Shown here: in pieces, positions 22,301-31,700 of the stretch
Position numbering within the stretch: position 1 is the first letter of the stretch
How the letters are laid out: each line of letters starts with the position of its first letter
Program-made: the position numbers and the translations under genes
Assembly (NCBI GenBank): GCA_038231135.1
Contig: JBBRLX010000009.1
Coordinates: 1-64,000, forward strand
Origin: Candidatus Eiseniibacteriota bacterium
GTDB lineage: Bacteria; Eisenbacteria; RBG-16-71-46
Direction: 5' to 3'
DNA: 64,000 nt
Notes under the pieces: generated by a model
Databases searched by the model: none
What the model was told of the DNA's origin: nothing
The model's input: the letters and a program-made list of their open reading frames with translations, nothing else

Positions 22301-24551
22301 TCGCGTTGAACGTCGCCGAGATCGTGTGATTGGCCTGGACGTTCGAGAACGTGAACGACGCGATCGCGCCCTGCGACACGCCGTCGACGAGCACGCTGGC
22401 GATCGTATGGCAGGCATCGGGCGTGATCGCGAACGTCTGGTTCGCGCCGCAGCTCACGGACACGTTGCCGGACGGGCTGATGGCGCCGCCGGTGCCGGCC
22501 GAGGCCGCGATCGTGTACGGCCCGAGTGCCGAGAACGAGGCTGTGATCGTGTGGTTGGCGGTCACGTTGGTGAACGTGAACGAGGCGACCGCACCCTGCG
22601 ACACTCCGTCGACGATCACGTTCGCGATCGCAAAGCAGGAGTTGGCGGTGATCGTGAACGTCTGGTTCGCACCGGCGGTGACCAGCACCGAGCCGCTCGG
22701 GCTGACGGTGCCGCCCGCCCCCGCCGACGCCGTTATCGTGAACTGCTGGCCGACGACCGAGGCCCAGTAGGTGCTCCACTTGCTGCCGTTGGAACCCGTC
22801 GTGTTGTCATCCGTGCTGGTGCGGGTCTTGCCGTACTCCTGCAGCACCCAGATGGTCTTGTCGTCCGACGGATCCACCTGCGCGGTGCTGAAGTCACCCC
22901 AGCGGTTGCGGCCGGCGCCGAATTGCTTCTGGTAGTAGTCCTCACCCGCCTTGTAGATGAACGGGTCGCGCGTGCTGGCCAGCGCGTCGGTGTGATCGTG
23001 GTACGAGTAGCCGGCCGACGGGTGCTGGGCCGACGAGAACTGCGAGTAGCCGACGACGAAGTCGCCGAGCGAGTTCGTCGCGATGTGCGGGTAGACGTAC
23101 CACTTGCCGCCGTTCGACACGGTCGCGGTCGCGTCCTCGATGCGACCACCATCCGCGAACGCCGGCGTAGCGCCGGCCGTGATCTTCGTCCACTGGGCGG
23201 CGACGTGGGTCTGGCCGGCAGACGGAAGGCCGACGGACTGCGCGTAGTAGATGAACCCGCGGCCGGTCGTCGCGTCCACGCGGTACATCGGCGCCGTTCG
23301 AATGTTGTCGTCCTGGGTCTCGATCTTGCACGGCGTTGCTCCGCACGAGCTGGCGCCCGAGTTCGGCACGCTCTGCGGGAGCAGATTGCCGGCCGTCGGA
23401 GTGGCCCAGGCGCCGCCCGTGCGGAGGCTGTTCGTCGCGCCGCTGGTGTAGGTCGGCGCCGCCGGGGTGCCCGTGATGCGGTCCAGTTCGTACGTTGCGC
23501 TCGCGCCTGCCGTGCTCCGGAGCACAAACAGCGTGTCCTCGGTCGCCGAGATCGTCACGCAGGGGGCGGTGCAGAAGTGCGTGCCGCTTGCCTGGGTGAC
23601 GTTCGTCACGCTCGCGAGCGTGCCCGCCGCGGCCAGGGGATAGTTGGCGATCATGCAGCCACCGCGGTTGAAGCTTCCGCCCGCGCTGTAGGCGTTGATC
23701 GTGATCGCGATCCAGTTCTTGTTGAAGCCCAGCACCGGGAAGTCGAGTCGCGGCGAACTGGTAAACCCCGGCGTCACGGCATACAGGAACCAGCTCCCCG
23801 CGGGGTCACTCGTCTGCGAGACGCCGAACAGGATCAAGCCGGGGTTGTTCACCGTCTGCATGCACACGATCCAGCGGTTCTGAATGGGATCGTAGGTCGT
23901 GCGGGGATCGGTGAGCTGATTCAGCAGCGTCTTGTTGGCCACGACCGGGTTCCAGAACGTCGCGGTGCCGACGGTGAGGACCGTCGCGCCGGTAATCTTG
24001 TCCTGGATCCGGTAGTTGTTGTTGAACGTGTCCATCACGCGCGTGGGACCGACGCCACCGCCCACGTCGGGCGGGATGATGATGTAGCTCGAGTCCGCCA
24101 TCGGGATGTCGTCGAGGCCGATGAAGCTGTTGGACGGCGATGGCGACGCGATGTTCAGCCGGGGTGTGATGATCGTTGGCATGAATGGGATCGGGCCGGT
24201 TGGAGGCGCCTGCTCTTCGGATTCGTTCAACTCGTTCGGAACGAGCACCCGCACCGGCGGCGCGCCCTGGATCGACCGCTGCCGGGCCTCCGTGCGCGCT
24301 AGGTCGGTGAGATTGACCTTCGCCGAACCGCTGAGCTTCATGGTGTTGCCGGGCACGGTCGTGCCCGGGGCCACGAATGCGGGCTGGATCGCGTCGGGAT
24401 CCCGCAGTCTCTGCTGCGCCGCAGGGTTCGCGAGCGGCGCGGTCGCCGGCTTGTGCACCGGCGCCGCGGACGCGAGCGTGGGAATCGCGATCGCGCCGAA
24501 CACGGCGAGCGCCCGCGCGAACTGGAATATGGAACGGGGCACTCGCTTCAT
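19371..24551 (-). CDS. Giant secreted protein D (~1726 aa): PPD/RWGDFS head, 3 Ig-like repeats, Cys-rich cohesin-like, SPNGGE Ig, 3 Ig-like repeats, Fn3-like, dockerin-like, cohesin-like, FlgD/T9SS-like CTD
   Basis: GAGGAGG RBS before ATG 24551 and a signal peptide. Approximate modules: internal cohesin 21678-22071, dockerin 20098-20315, terminal cohesin 19690-20043. Confidence 0.8.
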   Translation of the reverse strand: MKRVPRSIFQFARALAVFGAIAIPTLASAAPVHKPATAPLANPAAQQRLRDPDAIQPAFVAPGTTVPGNTMKLSGSAKVNLTDLARTEARQRSIQGAPPVRVLVPNELNESEEQAPPTGPIPFMPTIITPRLNIASPSPSNSFIGLDDIPMADSSYIIIPPDVGGGVGPTRVMDTFNNNYRIQDKITGATVLTVGTATFWNPVVANKTLLNQLTDPRTTYDPIQNRWIVCMQTVNNPGLILFGVSQTSDPAGSWFLYAVTPGFTSSPRLDFPVLGFNKNWIAITINAYSAGGSFNRGGCMIANYPLAAAGTLASVTNVTQASGTHFCTAPCVTISATEDTLFVLRSTAGASATYELDRITGTPAAPTYTSGATNSLRTGGAWATPTAGNLLPQSVPNSGASSCGATPCKIETQDDNIRTAPMYRVDATTGRGFIYYAQSVGLPSAGQTHVAAQWTKITAGATPAFADGGRIEDATATVSNGGKWYVYPHIATNSLGDFVVGYSQFSSAQHPSAGYSYHDHTDALASTRDPFIYKAGEDYYQKQFGAGRNRWGDFSTAQVDPSDDKTIWVLQEYGKTRTSTDDNTTGSNGSKWSTYWASVVGQQFTITASAGAGGTVSPSGSVLVTAGANQTFTITANSCFAIANVIVDGVSQGAVASFTFTNVTANHTITASFSALGPYTIAASAGTGGAISPSGNVSVSCGANQTFAITPDACHTIASVLVDGVSQGAIASFTFSNVQANHTISATFNAITYTITASAGAGGAISPNGAVGVVCSNDQAFTVTPSTGYSIADVLVDGVSVGAVASYTFSNVTANHTIAASFALTPGTISAQSTATYLCPTNTCVTIPVSLSRTYNNPVLGFSVTFQLSPDLTLCSGTGSVTEGTFLSAAGATLFNVADHGGGSYSADGAVLGGDCGPTGLSGLLFNIGVASTAPGGTGTVTITSVKLRDCGNGVLPVNAGPPATVPIDNEAPAVTVTSPNGGENWPIGSSQTITWTATDNTGVANVDLAYSTDGGATYPFAIATAVANSGSYAWTVPNAPTTQARVRVTAHDVVCATGSDASDADFRIGDLAITASAGAGGTITPSGAVAVAYNANQSFAIAPASTCYIIADVLVDGVSVGAVSTYTFNNVIVDHTIAASFTLLGPYTITTSAGPNGSITPTFSVACGSPANVTITPDPCYQVADVLVDGVSVGPVTLYTFTDVHANHTVSATFAVNTYTITASAGPNGSISPTQTVNCGDKAAFTITADPCYHVADVLVDGVSVGGVTSYSFPNVQANHAISATFAPNAVTITAVTGLGATQVRTGNDADGTTKVTLAFTAPGAAASVEVWRRGYGNYPLYDNAPGSGSVPAAPASYPPAGWTLTAVTATGQTDEPATRDYWYYAAYAKDACGNASPVSNVTGGTLDYHLGDVTDGTTPGQGNNQVTTADISLLGTHYGLSGAALAGFEYLDVGPTTDASVNGRPTTDSKTDFEDLVMFALNYFPVASTPSRVPVATPAAANVLRLSTPARVSVDEGVEVPVELQGAGDLKALSVTLGWNAAVVVPVDVVTGDLITAQGGVMFSPGPGAADMALLNPGGPGMTGQGVVATVRFRAIAAGDPGFTFAKVLGRDGANQAVTVTTGIALGVDNLVTVTDLKPVIPNPSRDRSLVQYGLAKRGPVELSIYSVDGRRVRTLMRGDQEVGQYRVTWDGRNEAGTAVQSGVYFIRLDAAGVRRTRLITMIK

Positions 24552-24668
24552 ATCAGCCTCCTCAACCAGCGATGTAGTCCCCGGCCGTGTGAACGCACGC
24601 GTGATGGCATCCCGGCGGCGGGGGTGTTCGTTCGGGCGCTGCTTCGAGTCGTGAGTGGTCATGGGCGG

Positions 24669-27600
24669 TTACCGCATCACCGAGAACAGGCGCGTCCTGC
24701 GCGTTCCCGCCGTTTCGAGCCGCGCGAAGTACACGCCCGACCTGAGCGCGTTGCCGCGCTCGTCGGTGCCGTTCCACGTGAAGTGGTAGCGGCCGGCCTC
24801 CTGGACACCGTGCGCCAGCGTCTTCACGCGCCGGCCGTCGACCGAGTAGATGGACAGGTCGGTGACGCCGCGCCGCGCGAGTCCGTACTGCAGCACCGAG
24901 ATGCCGCGCGACGGATTCGGAATGACCGGCTGCAGCTCGGTGATCGTCACAACGGATTCGAACGCCATCGGGTTCCGCGCGTTGAGCAGCAGCGGCTTGT
25001 TCGCGGCGTCGCGGCCGATGATCCTGCCGAACGCGAACTGCGGATCGCCGCTGGCGATCGCCTTGAAGTGCATCGTCGCCAGCACGCCCTTGCCCGCGAG
25101 GCCGGCGCCCAGCCCGAGCATCGCGACGTCGGCGCGCGCGTGTCCGGGCGACAGCAGCAGCGCGCCCTGCGCGGCGACCAGGTCGCCGGCCACCACATCG
25201 GCCGGCGCGACGACCGCCGGGTCGAAGTTGAGCGACACCGACATCGCCTGCAGGTCGCCGGTGGCCGTCATCTGAATGGGCACCTCGACCGCGTCACCCG
25301 CCGTCACCACGTATGGCGCCTGGAGCGACAACTCGTCGTGGGCATGCGGGCCCGAAGCCGGCGTGCCGCCCGCGACCAGCGACACCCGCGGCGACCAGTT
25401 GATCGAGAACATCACCAGGTCCTCGAAGTCGACGACCCCGTCGACCGTGGGACGCCCGTCGACCGAGTTCGTCGTCGTCGGCCCGACGTCCAGGTATTCG
25501 AAGCCGGCGAGAGTCGCGCCGCTCGCGCCATAGTGGGTGCCGAGCAGCGAGGCATCGGCGGTGGCCACCTTGTTGTCGCCCTGGCCGGGAGTAATACCGT
25601 CGCTCACGTCACCCAGATGGTAGCCCAGCACGCCGCCCGTCAGGTTCGACACGGGGCCGGCGTTGCCGCAGGCATCCTTCGCGTACGCGACGTAGTACCA
25701 GTAATCGCGCGTGGGCGGCTGATCGGCCTGGCCGCTCGCGGTCACCGGCGTCAGCGCCCATCCCGAAGGCGGGTAGGAGCCCGGCAACGGGGGCGCCCCA
25801 CCCCCCGAGTAGGTCGGATAGTTGCCGAAGCCCGTGCGCCAGACCTCGGTCGAGGCGGCGCCGCCGGGCGCCGTGTACGTCAGCGTCACGCGGGTGGTGC
25901 CGCTGGCGTCGTTGCCGGTCTTCACCTGCGCCGCCGCGAGGCCGGTGACGGCCGCGGGCAGCGGGTTCGCGGCGAAGCTCGCCGCAATCGTGTGGTTCGC
26001 CGTCACGTTCGAGAACGTGAACGTCGTGACCGCGCCCACCGACGAGCCGTCCACCAGCACGCCCGACACGTGGTAACAGGCATCCGGCGTGATCGTGAAC
26101 GCCTGGTTCGCGCCGCAGTTGACGACGGTCGGCCCGTTCGGAGCGATCGCTCCGTTGGCGCCGGCGGAGGCCGTGATCGTGTATGGCCCGAGCGCGACGA
26201 AACTGGCATCGATCGTGTGGTCGTTGTTCACGTTGGTGAACGTATACGTGGTGACCGGCCCCACCGACACGCCGTCGACCAGCACATCGGCGACGCCGAA
26301 GCACGCATTGGGCGTGATCGCGAACGTCTGATTTGTGGTGCTCTGCACGATCACGGCGCCCGACGGCGAGATCGAACCGCCCGAGCCGGCGGTCGCGGTG
26401 ATCGTGTAGGTGACGCCCGTGATCACGTGCACGATCGCGGCGGCCGACGTCTGGCCGTCGGGATTCGTGATCGTGATCGTGTACTTCTGGCCGGTGGCAT
26501 TCGGCGTCGCCGACGACGCGTTGAGCACGAGATTCACCGTGGTCGGGTCCACGTACGTCGCCGACGTGACGGTGGGCGGAGTGCCCGACGCGGCGCCGAC
26601 CGTGATTGCGGCGCTCAGGTGTTTGAATGCCAGGGCGGGGGCGGCGAGGTTCGCGCCAGGGTCGTAGAAACCCGAGCCCGAGGACGACACACCCGTGAGC
26701 GTGACGCTCACCGACGGCTGACCCGCGATGATGTCGGCGAGCCCGGACGGCGCGGCGGGCGGCGGCGCAATCAGCTTCGCCACGCGGACGCCGTAGGAAT
26801 TGTTGACGTCGCAGAACATCTGGACGGTCCACATCGACATGTCGTCGAGCGGGTCGAGCGTGGTGATCGAGTAATCGCCCCAGCGGCGCGGCCGCCCGGC
26901 GCTGATGCCGCCCGGATCGCTTGACGGGTTGTAGGTGTTCACGTTGCTGGTGAGCGCGGTCGGCGTTTCCATCGTGCCCGGCGGGTCGTTCGCGAGCCGG
27001 CCGACCGTGCCGCAGTTGGCGTTGTCGGTCTCACCGGCGGTGCTGTAGCCCAGCGCGGCGTGGCCCTGACCCGACACCATGATCGACGGAATGAAGTAGT
27101 TCTTCTGCAGCGAATCGTTGCTGGCCGATGGTGCGAACACCGTTCCCGACTGGACGATCGTGGGCGTGCCGGCCCCGACGGGAACGTTGAACTGGTACCA
27201 GCGGCTGCCGACGCGCGTATCACCCAGGTAGGTGCCCTGGCTGATGCCGGTGTTGTCGACGCCGATGTTGTGCGAGGTCCACAACTGCTGGTTGCTGCGG
27301 ATGACCGCCAGGAACGGCCGGTCGTCGATCGGATCGAGCCGGCCCCAGTAGCCGCCGGTGTTGCCCGGGTGCGGCACCGGCCGCGGCCCGTCCGTGGCGG
27401 GCACCGTGATCGGGATGTTGGCCGACGCCGTCGGCGTGCCGCCGGGACTCGTGATGCGGATCATGTCCAGCGTGCCGTACGACGCGCCGTCGGTGCCGAG
27501 GAAATAGCCTTCGGTCGAGGCCGGGTCCAGGTTGTCCACGCCGCGCGGCGACCACGGCCCGACGTACGTCGGGCCGGTCATGAAGCCGCGGAATGCCGTG

Positions 27601-28535
27601 ACCACGATCGGACCGCCGCTCAGCACGGAGCTCTTGCGGATCACGAAGCCATCGGTCTGCTGGAACGGCTGACCGCTGCCGCAGAACTCGTTGACGCCCA
27701 TGTACACCGCGTTCGCGTCGATGCCCAGCGACGGATAGTCTGACAGGCAGGTGCTGCCATTGGAGATCGTCGGCGGCGTGGTCGCCGGGATGAAGAAGTA
27801 GTATGTCCACACCGTGCCCGCGGTGATGACGCCGGCGCTCGCCGCGTCGCTCACCCCGAGCAGCCAGCGGTTCGGCGTCGAGACGTTGATGATCGAGATG
27901 AACCAGCGGCCGGACAGCCGGTCGTAGCGCACCATCGGGTCGCTGGTGCCCGAGCCGCTGCGCACCGAGGTGAAGAACGAGTTCGTCGTGGCGTTCATCA
28001 CGCCGTCGGCCACGCCGGTCGTCTTGTTGAACGACACGATGCGGCCGTTGACGGCGACGATGTACTGCGTCGGCCCGACCGCGCCGTCGCAATCCGGCGG
28101 GAACGAGCCCGTGGAATTCGTGCCGGACAGCGTCGCCGCGGTGAAGTTCGGCCCGATCGTCTGCGGCGTGAGCGGCAGGACGCCGATGCCCTTCGAGTTC
28201 CGGTAGCCGATGATCCGGTCGGTCGGCTGCTCCGGCACCGACGCCACCCGGCGCGATGCGGGATTCTGCGGCAGCCTCGAACGGTCCGGGCCTTCGAGCT
28301 CGCGGATGAGCACCGGCTGCGCAGGTCCCCTGTCGGACGCGGCGCGCCGCATGATATCCGCCGTCGTCTCTTGAACCCCGGCCGATCCCGTGTACGGCTG
28401 ACCGACCCGTACCGGCGGCGCCGAGGCCGTGGCGGCGCCGGCGATGGATGTGAGCGCGGGCAATGGGAGCAGCAGCAGGCTCGCCGCAGCCCATGGGGTG
28501 AGGGCCGAACGGAACGACTTGTGAATAGGCTGCAC
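24669..28535 (-). CDS. Giant secreted protein C (~1288 aa): PPD/RWGDYS head, IPT-like, 2 Ig-like repeats, Fn3-like, dockerin-like, cohesin-like, FlgD/T9SS-like CTD
   Basis: GGAGG RBS before GTG 28535 and a signal peptide. Close paralog of 34215-38045. Dockerin approx. 25395-25613, cohesin approx. 24990-25335. Confidence 0.8.
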   Translation of the reverse strand: MQPIHKSFRSALTPWAAASLLLLPLPALTSIAGAATASAPPVRVGQPYTGSAGVQETTADIMRRAASDRGPAQPVLIRELEGPDRSRLPQNPASRRVASVPEQPTDRIIGYRNSKGIGVLPLTPQTIGPNFTAATLSGTNSTGSFPPDCDGAVGPTQYIVAVNGRIVSFNKTTGVADGVMNATTNSFFTSVRSGSGTSDPMVRYDRLSGRWFISIINVSTPNRWLLGVSDAASAGVITAGTVWTYYFFIPATTPPTISNGSTCLSDYPSLGIDANAVYMGVNEFCGSGQPFQQTDGFVIRKSSVLSGGPIVVTAFRGFMTGPTYVGPWSPRGVDNLDPASTEGYFLGTDGASYGTLDMIRITSPGGTPTASANIPITVPATDGPRPVPHPGNTGGYWGRLDPIDDRPFLAVIRSNQQLWTSHNIGVDNTGISQGTYLGDTRVGSRWYQFNVPVGAGTPTIVQSGTVFAPSASNDSLQKNYFIPSIMVSGQGHAALGYSTAGETDNANCGTVGRLANDPPGTMETPTALTSNVNTYNPSSDPGGISAGRPRRWGDYSITTLDPLDDMSMWTVQMFCDVNNSYGVRVAKLIAPPPAAPSGLADIIAGQPSVSVTLTGVSSSGSGFYDPGANLAAPALAFKHLSAAITVGAASGTPPTVTSATYVDPTTVNLVLNASSATPNATGQKYTITITNPDGQTSAAAIVHVITGVTYTITATAGSGGSISPSGAVIVQSTTNQTFAITPNACFGVADVLVDGVSVGPVTTYTFTNVNNDHTIDASFVALGPYTITASAGANGAIAPNGPTVVNCGANQAFTITPDACYHVSGVLVDGSSVGAVTTFTFSNVTANHTIAASFAANPLPAAVTGLAAAQVKTGNDASGTTRVTLTYTAPGGAASTEVWRTGFGNYPTYSGGGAPPLPGSYPPSGWALTPVTASGQADQPPTRDYWYYVAYAKDACGNAGPVSNLTGGVLGYHLGDVSDGITPGQGDNKVATADASLLGTHYGASGATLAGFEYLDVGPTTTNSVDGRPTVDGVVDFEDLVMFSINWSPRVSLVAGGTPASGPHAHDELSLQAPYVVTAGDAVEVPIQMTATGDLQAMSVSLNFDPAVVAPADVVAGDLVAAQGALLLSPGHARADVAMLGLGAGLAGKGVLATMHFKAIASGDPQFAFGRIIGRDAANKPLLLNARNPMAFESVVTITELQPVIPNPSRGISVLQYGLARRGVTDLSIYSVDGRRVKTLAHGVQEAGRYHFTWNGTDERGNALRSGVYFARLETAGTRRTRLFSVMR

Positions 28536-28678
28536 GCGAACCTCCACGGTGGCAGTGACGGCCGGACCCGGAATCATCCGACTTCGAAACTCTCGAACGA
28601 ACGCATGTGACGAATCGACTGGGCGTCGCCGGCCCTGGGGCCGGGGCACGACCGCTCCGAACTGCTGCCTATCATGAT

Positions 28679-28733
28679 CAGCGAACGCGGAGGCGGAACG
28701 ATCATCGCGATCGCTCCGCCCTGCGTTCCGCTG
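28679..28733. other. Long intergenic stem-loop with no U-tract
   Basis: CAGCGAACGCGGAGGCGGAACGATC-N5-GATCGCTCCGCCCTGCGTTCCGCTG, an imperfect ~24-bp inverted repeat 7 bp downstream of the protein B stop. Confidence 0.7.
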
Positions 28734-28740
28734 GATTCGA

Positions 28741-31700
28741 TCAGCGAGCCAGCAGCACTCGCCGGACCTGGGTGATGCCCGGCGCCTGGTACCGCACGAA
28801 GTACACGCCCGACGGAATGCGATGTCCGGCGTTGGTGTTCCACGACGCCTGATAACGTCCCGGCCGCTGCACGCCGTCGAACAGCGCGGCGACCGTGCGG
28901 CCCTGTAGATCGATGATGGTCACCTGCACGCGCATCTCACGCGCCACCGTGTAGTCGATCCGGGCGAAGTCGGTGGTCGGATTCGGCCACACCTTCGCGA
29001 GCTTCGACTCGGTCACCATGGCGCCCGCCTTGCCCGTGATCGCGGTCAGCGCCACCGACCGGCCGCCGGTGACCGTCGCCATCAACCGGTAGACGTAATC
29101 GTGATCCGCCTGCACGGCGTGGTCGGTGATGGTCTCGACGCCGCTCACGTCCTGCGCGTCCCCGGTCACCCGGATCCACGGACCCGCGACCGTCTCCGCG
29201 CGCTCGATGGCCGACGCGACCAGGTCGGTCGCGTCGCTGAACTTCCAGCGCAGCGTGACGCCCTCGTTCACGGTCTCGGCTTCGAACATCGACACCACGA
29301 CCGCCGTGGCCATTTCGAACGTGGCGGTGATCGTCTTGTTGCCGTCCATCACCACGGACAACGGGTTGGTGGTGCTGGTCACGTCACCGCTCCAGCCCGT
29401 GAACGCCCAGGTCGCGGCCGGCACGGCCGTCAGGATCACCTTGGTCCCGCAATCGTAGGTCGCCTGATCGGGGAACTTCGTCACGGTGCCGCTGCCGACG
29501 ATCGGCACAGTCAGCGTGTAGGTGTTGATCGCGAAGTCGGCCTCGATCGTGTGATTCGCCTGCACGTTGCTGAACGTGTAGCTCGGCACGACGCCCACCG
29601 ACACGTTGTCCACCTTGACGTCGGTGACGTGGTAGCAGGGGTCCGCCGCGATCGTGTAGGTCGCGCTGCCGCCGCACGGCACCGTCGCCGGGCCGGTCAC
29701 CGTGCCGCCCGCGGCCGGAACCGCCGTCGCGGTGATCGTGTACGGGCTGTTCGCCGTGAAGTTCGCGGTGATCGTATGCGGAGCGTGCACGTTCGTGAAC
29801 GTGTAGGTGGTGATCGGCCCCTGATCGACGCCGTCGACGTCCACGCCCGTCAGCGTGTAGCAACTGTTGGTCGTGATCGTGTAGGTCGCGCTGCCGCCGC
29901 ACGCCACTGATGCCGGTCCCGTGACCGCGCCGCCGGCCGGCGGGTTCGCCGCCGCGGTGATCGCGTAGGGTCCGAGCAGCGTGAACGAGGCCGCGATCGT
30001 GTGATCGACGGTCACGCTGGTGAACGTGTAGCTCGCCACCGCGCCCACCGACACACCGTCGACCAGCACGTCGGCGATGGCGTGGCAGGCGTCGGCCGGC
30101 GAGATCGCGAACGTCTGGTTGGTGCCGGACGGCACCGACACCGCGCCGCTCGGGCTGATCGAGCCGCCCGGGCCCGCCGACGCCGTGATCACCGGGTCGC
30201 GTATCGTGAAGTTTGCGTCGCTGGCGTCGCTGCTGCTGCTGCACACGATGTCGTGCGCCGTGACCCGTACGCGGGCCAGCGCGGTCGGCGTGTTCGGGAC
30301 CGTCCATCCGAACGCGCCGGTGTTCGGCACGCCGGTGGCGATCACGTTCGGGAACGTGGTGCCGCCGTCGGTCGAATACGCCAGATCGACGTTCGCGACA
30401 CCGGTGTTGTCCGTCGCCGTCCACGTGATGCTCTGCGACGAGCCGATGAGCCAGCTCTCGCCGCCGTTCGGGCTCGTCACCGTGACGATCGGCGCCTCGT
30501 TGTCGATCGGCACCGTGCCTGGAATGCCGGGCACCACCGGCAGCGGATCGTTCGAGCAGTCACGCAGCGTCGTCGACGTCACCGTGACGCTGCCCGTGCC
30601 GCCCGGCACGGAGCTGGCGACGGCGACGTTGAACAGCACGCCGTTCGTCCCGGTGGGGCCGCATCCGGCGCCGAGCACCGCGTCGTCGACGGTGTAAGAA
30701 CCGCCGCCATTGTTGATCACCTGGTAGGACGTCGGGCCGGACGAGCTGAGGAACGTGCCCTCGGTGATGCTGCCGGTTCCGGAGCACAGCGTCAGCTCCG
30801 GCGACAGCTTGAACGTCACGCTGTACGCGAGCACCGGGTTCGTGTACTGGCGGAACAACTCCACCGGCATCGTCACGCAGGTATTGCTCGGGCACAGGTA
30901 GGTCGCCGTCGACTGCGCCTGGATGTAGGCCGGAATCAGCGAGAAGCTCGCCGCGATCGTGTGGTCCGCGATCACGTTGTTGAACGTGTAATTGGCGACC
31001 GGCCCCACCGACGACCCGTCGACGAGCACGTCCGCGATCTGGTAGCCCGAGCTGGGCGCGATCGTGAACGCCTGATTGGCGCCGTACGGCACCGTCACCG
31101 CGCCGTTCGGGTTGATCGTGCCGCCCGCGCCCGCCGAGGCCGTGATCGCATACGCGCCGACCGTGAAGTTCGCGTCGCTGGCGTCGCTGGTGCTGCTGCA
31201 CGCGACGTCGTGCGCCGTGACGCGCACGCGCGCCTGATTCGTCTCGGGAGGCTGCGCCGTCCATGTGTAGGATCCCGTATTCGGCGCGCCCGTGGCGATC
31301 ACGTTGGGATAGGTGACGCCGCCGTCGGTCGACCACGCGATGTCGACGCTCGCGACGCCCGTGTTGTCGGTCGCCGTCCAGCCGATCGCATGCACCGAAC
31401 CGAGCGGCCACACCTCGCCGCCATTCGGGCTCGTCACCACGACCACCGGCGCCTGATTGTCGATCGGCACCGTGGCCGGCGCGCCGGCGGACACCGCCAG
31501 CGGCGCGTTGGCGCAGTCACGCATCTTGACGGTCGACAGCGTGATCGTGCCCGAGCCGCCGGGCGCGCTGCTCGTCACCGCGATGTTGAACAGATTGCCG
31601 TTCGAGGTCATCGGGCCGCAACCGGTGCCGACCACCGCGCAGTCCACGGTGTACGAGCCGCCGCCATTGTCGACCACGTTGAACAGCGTGCTGCCGGTCG

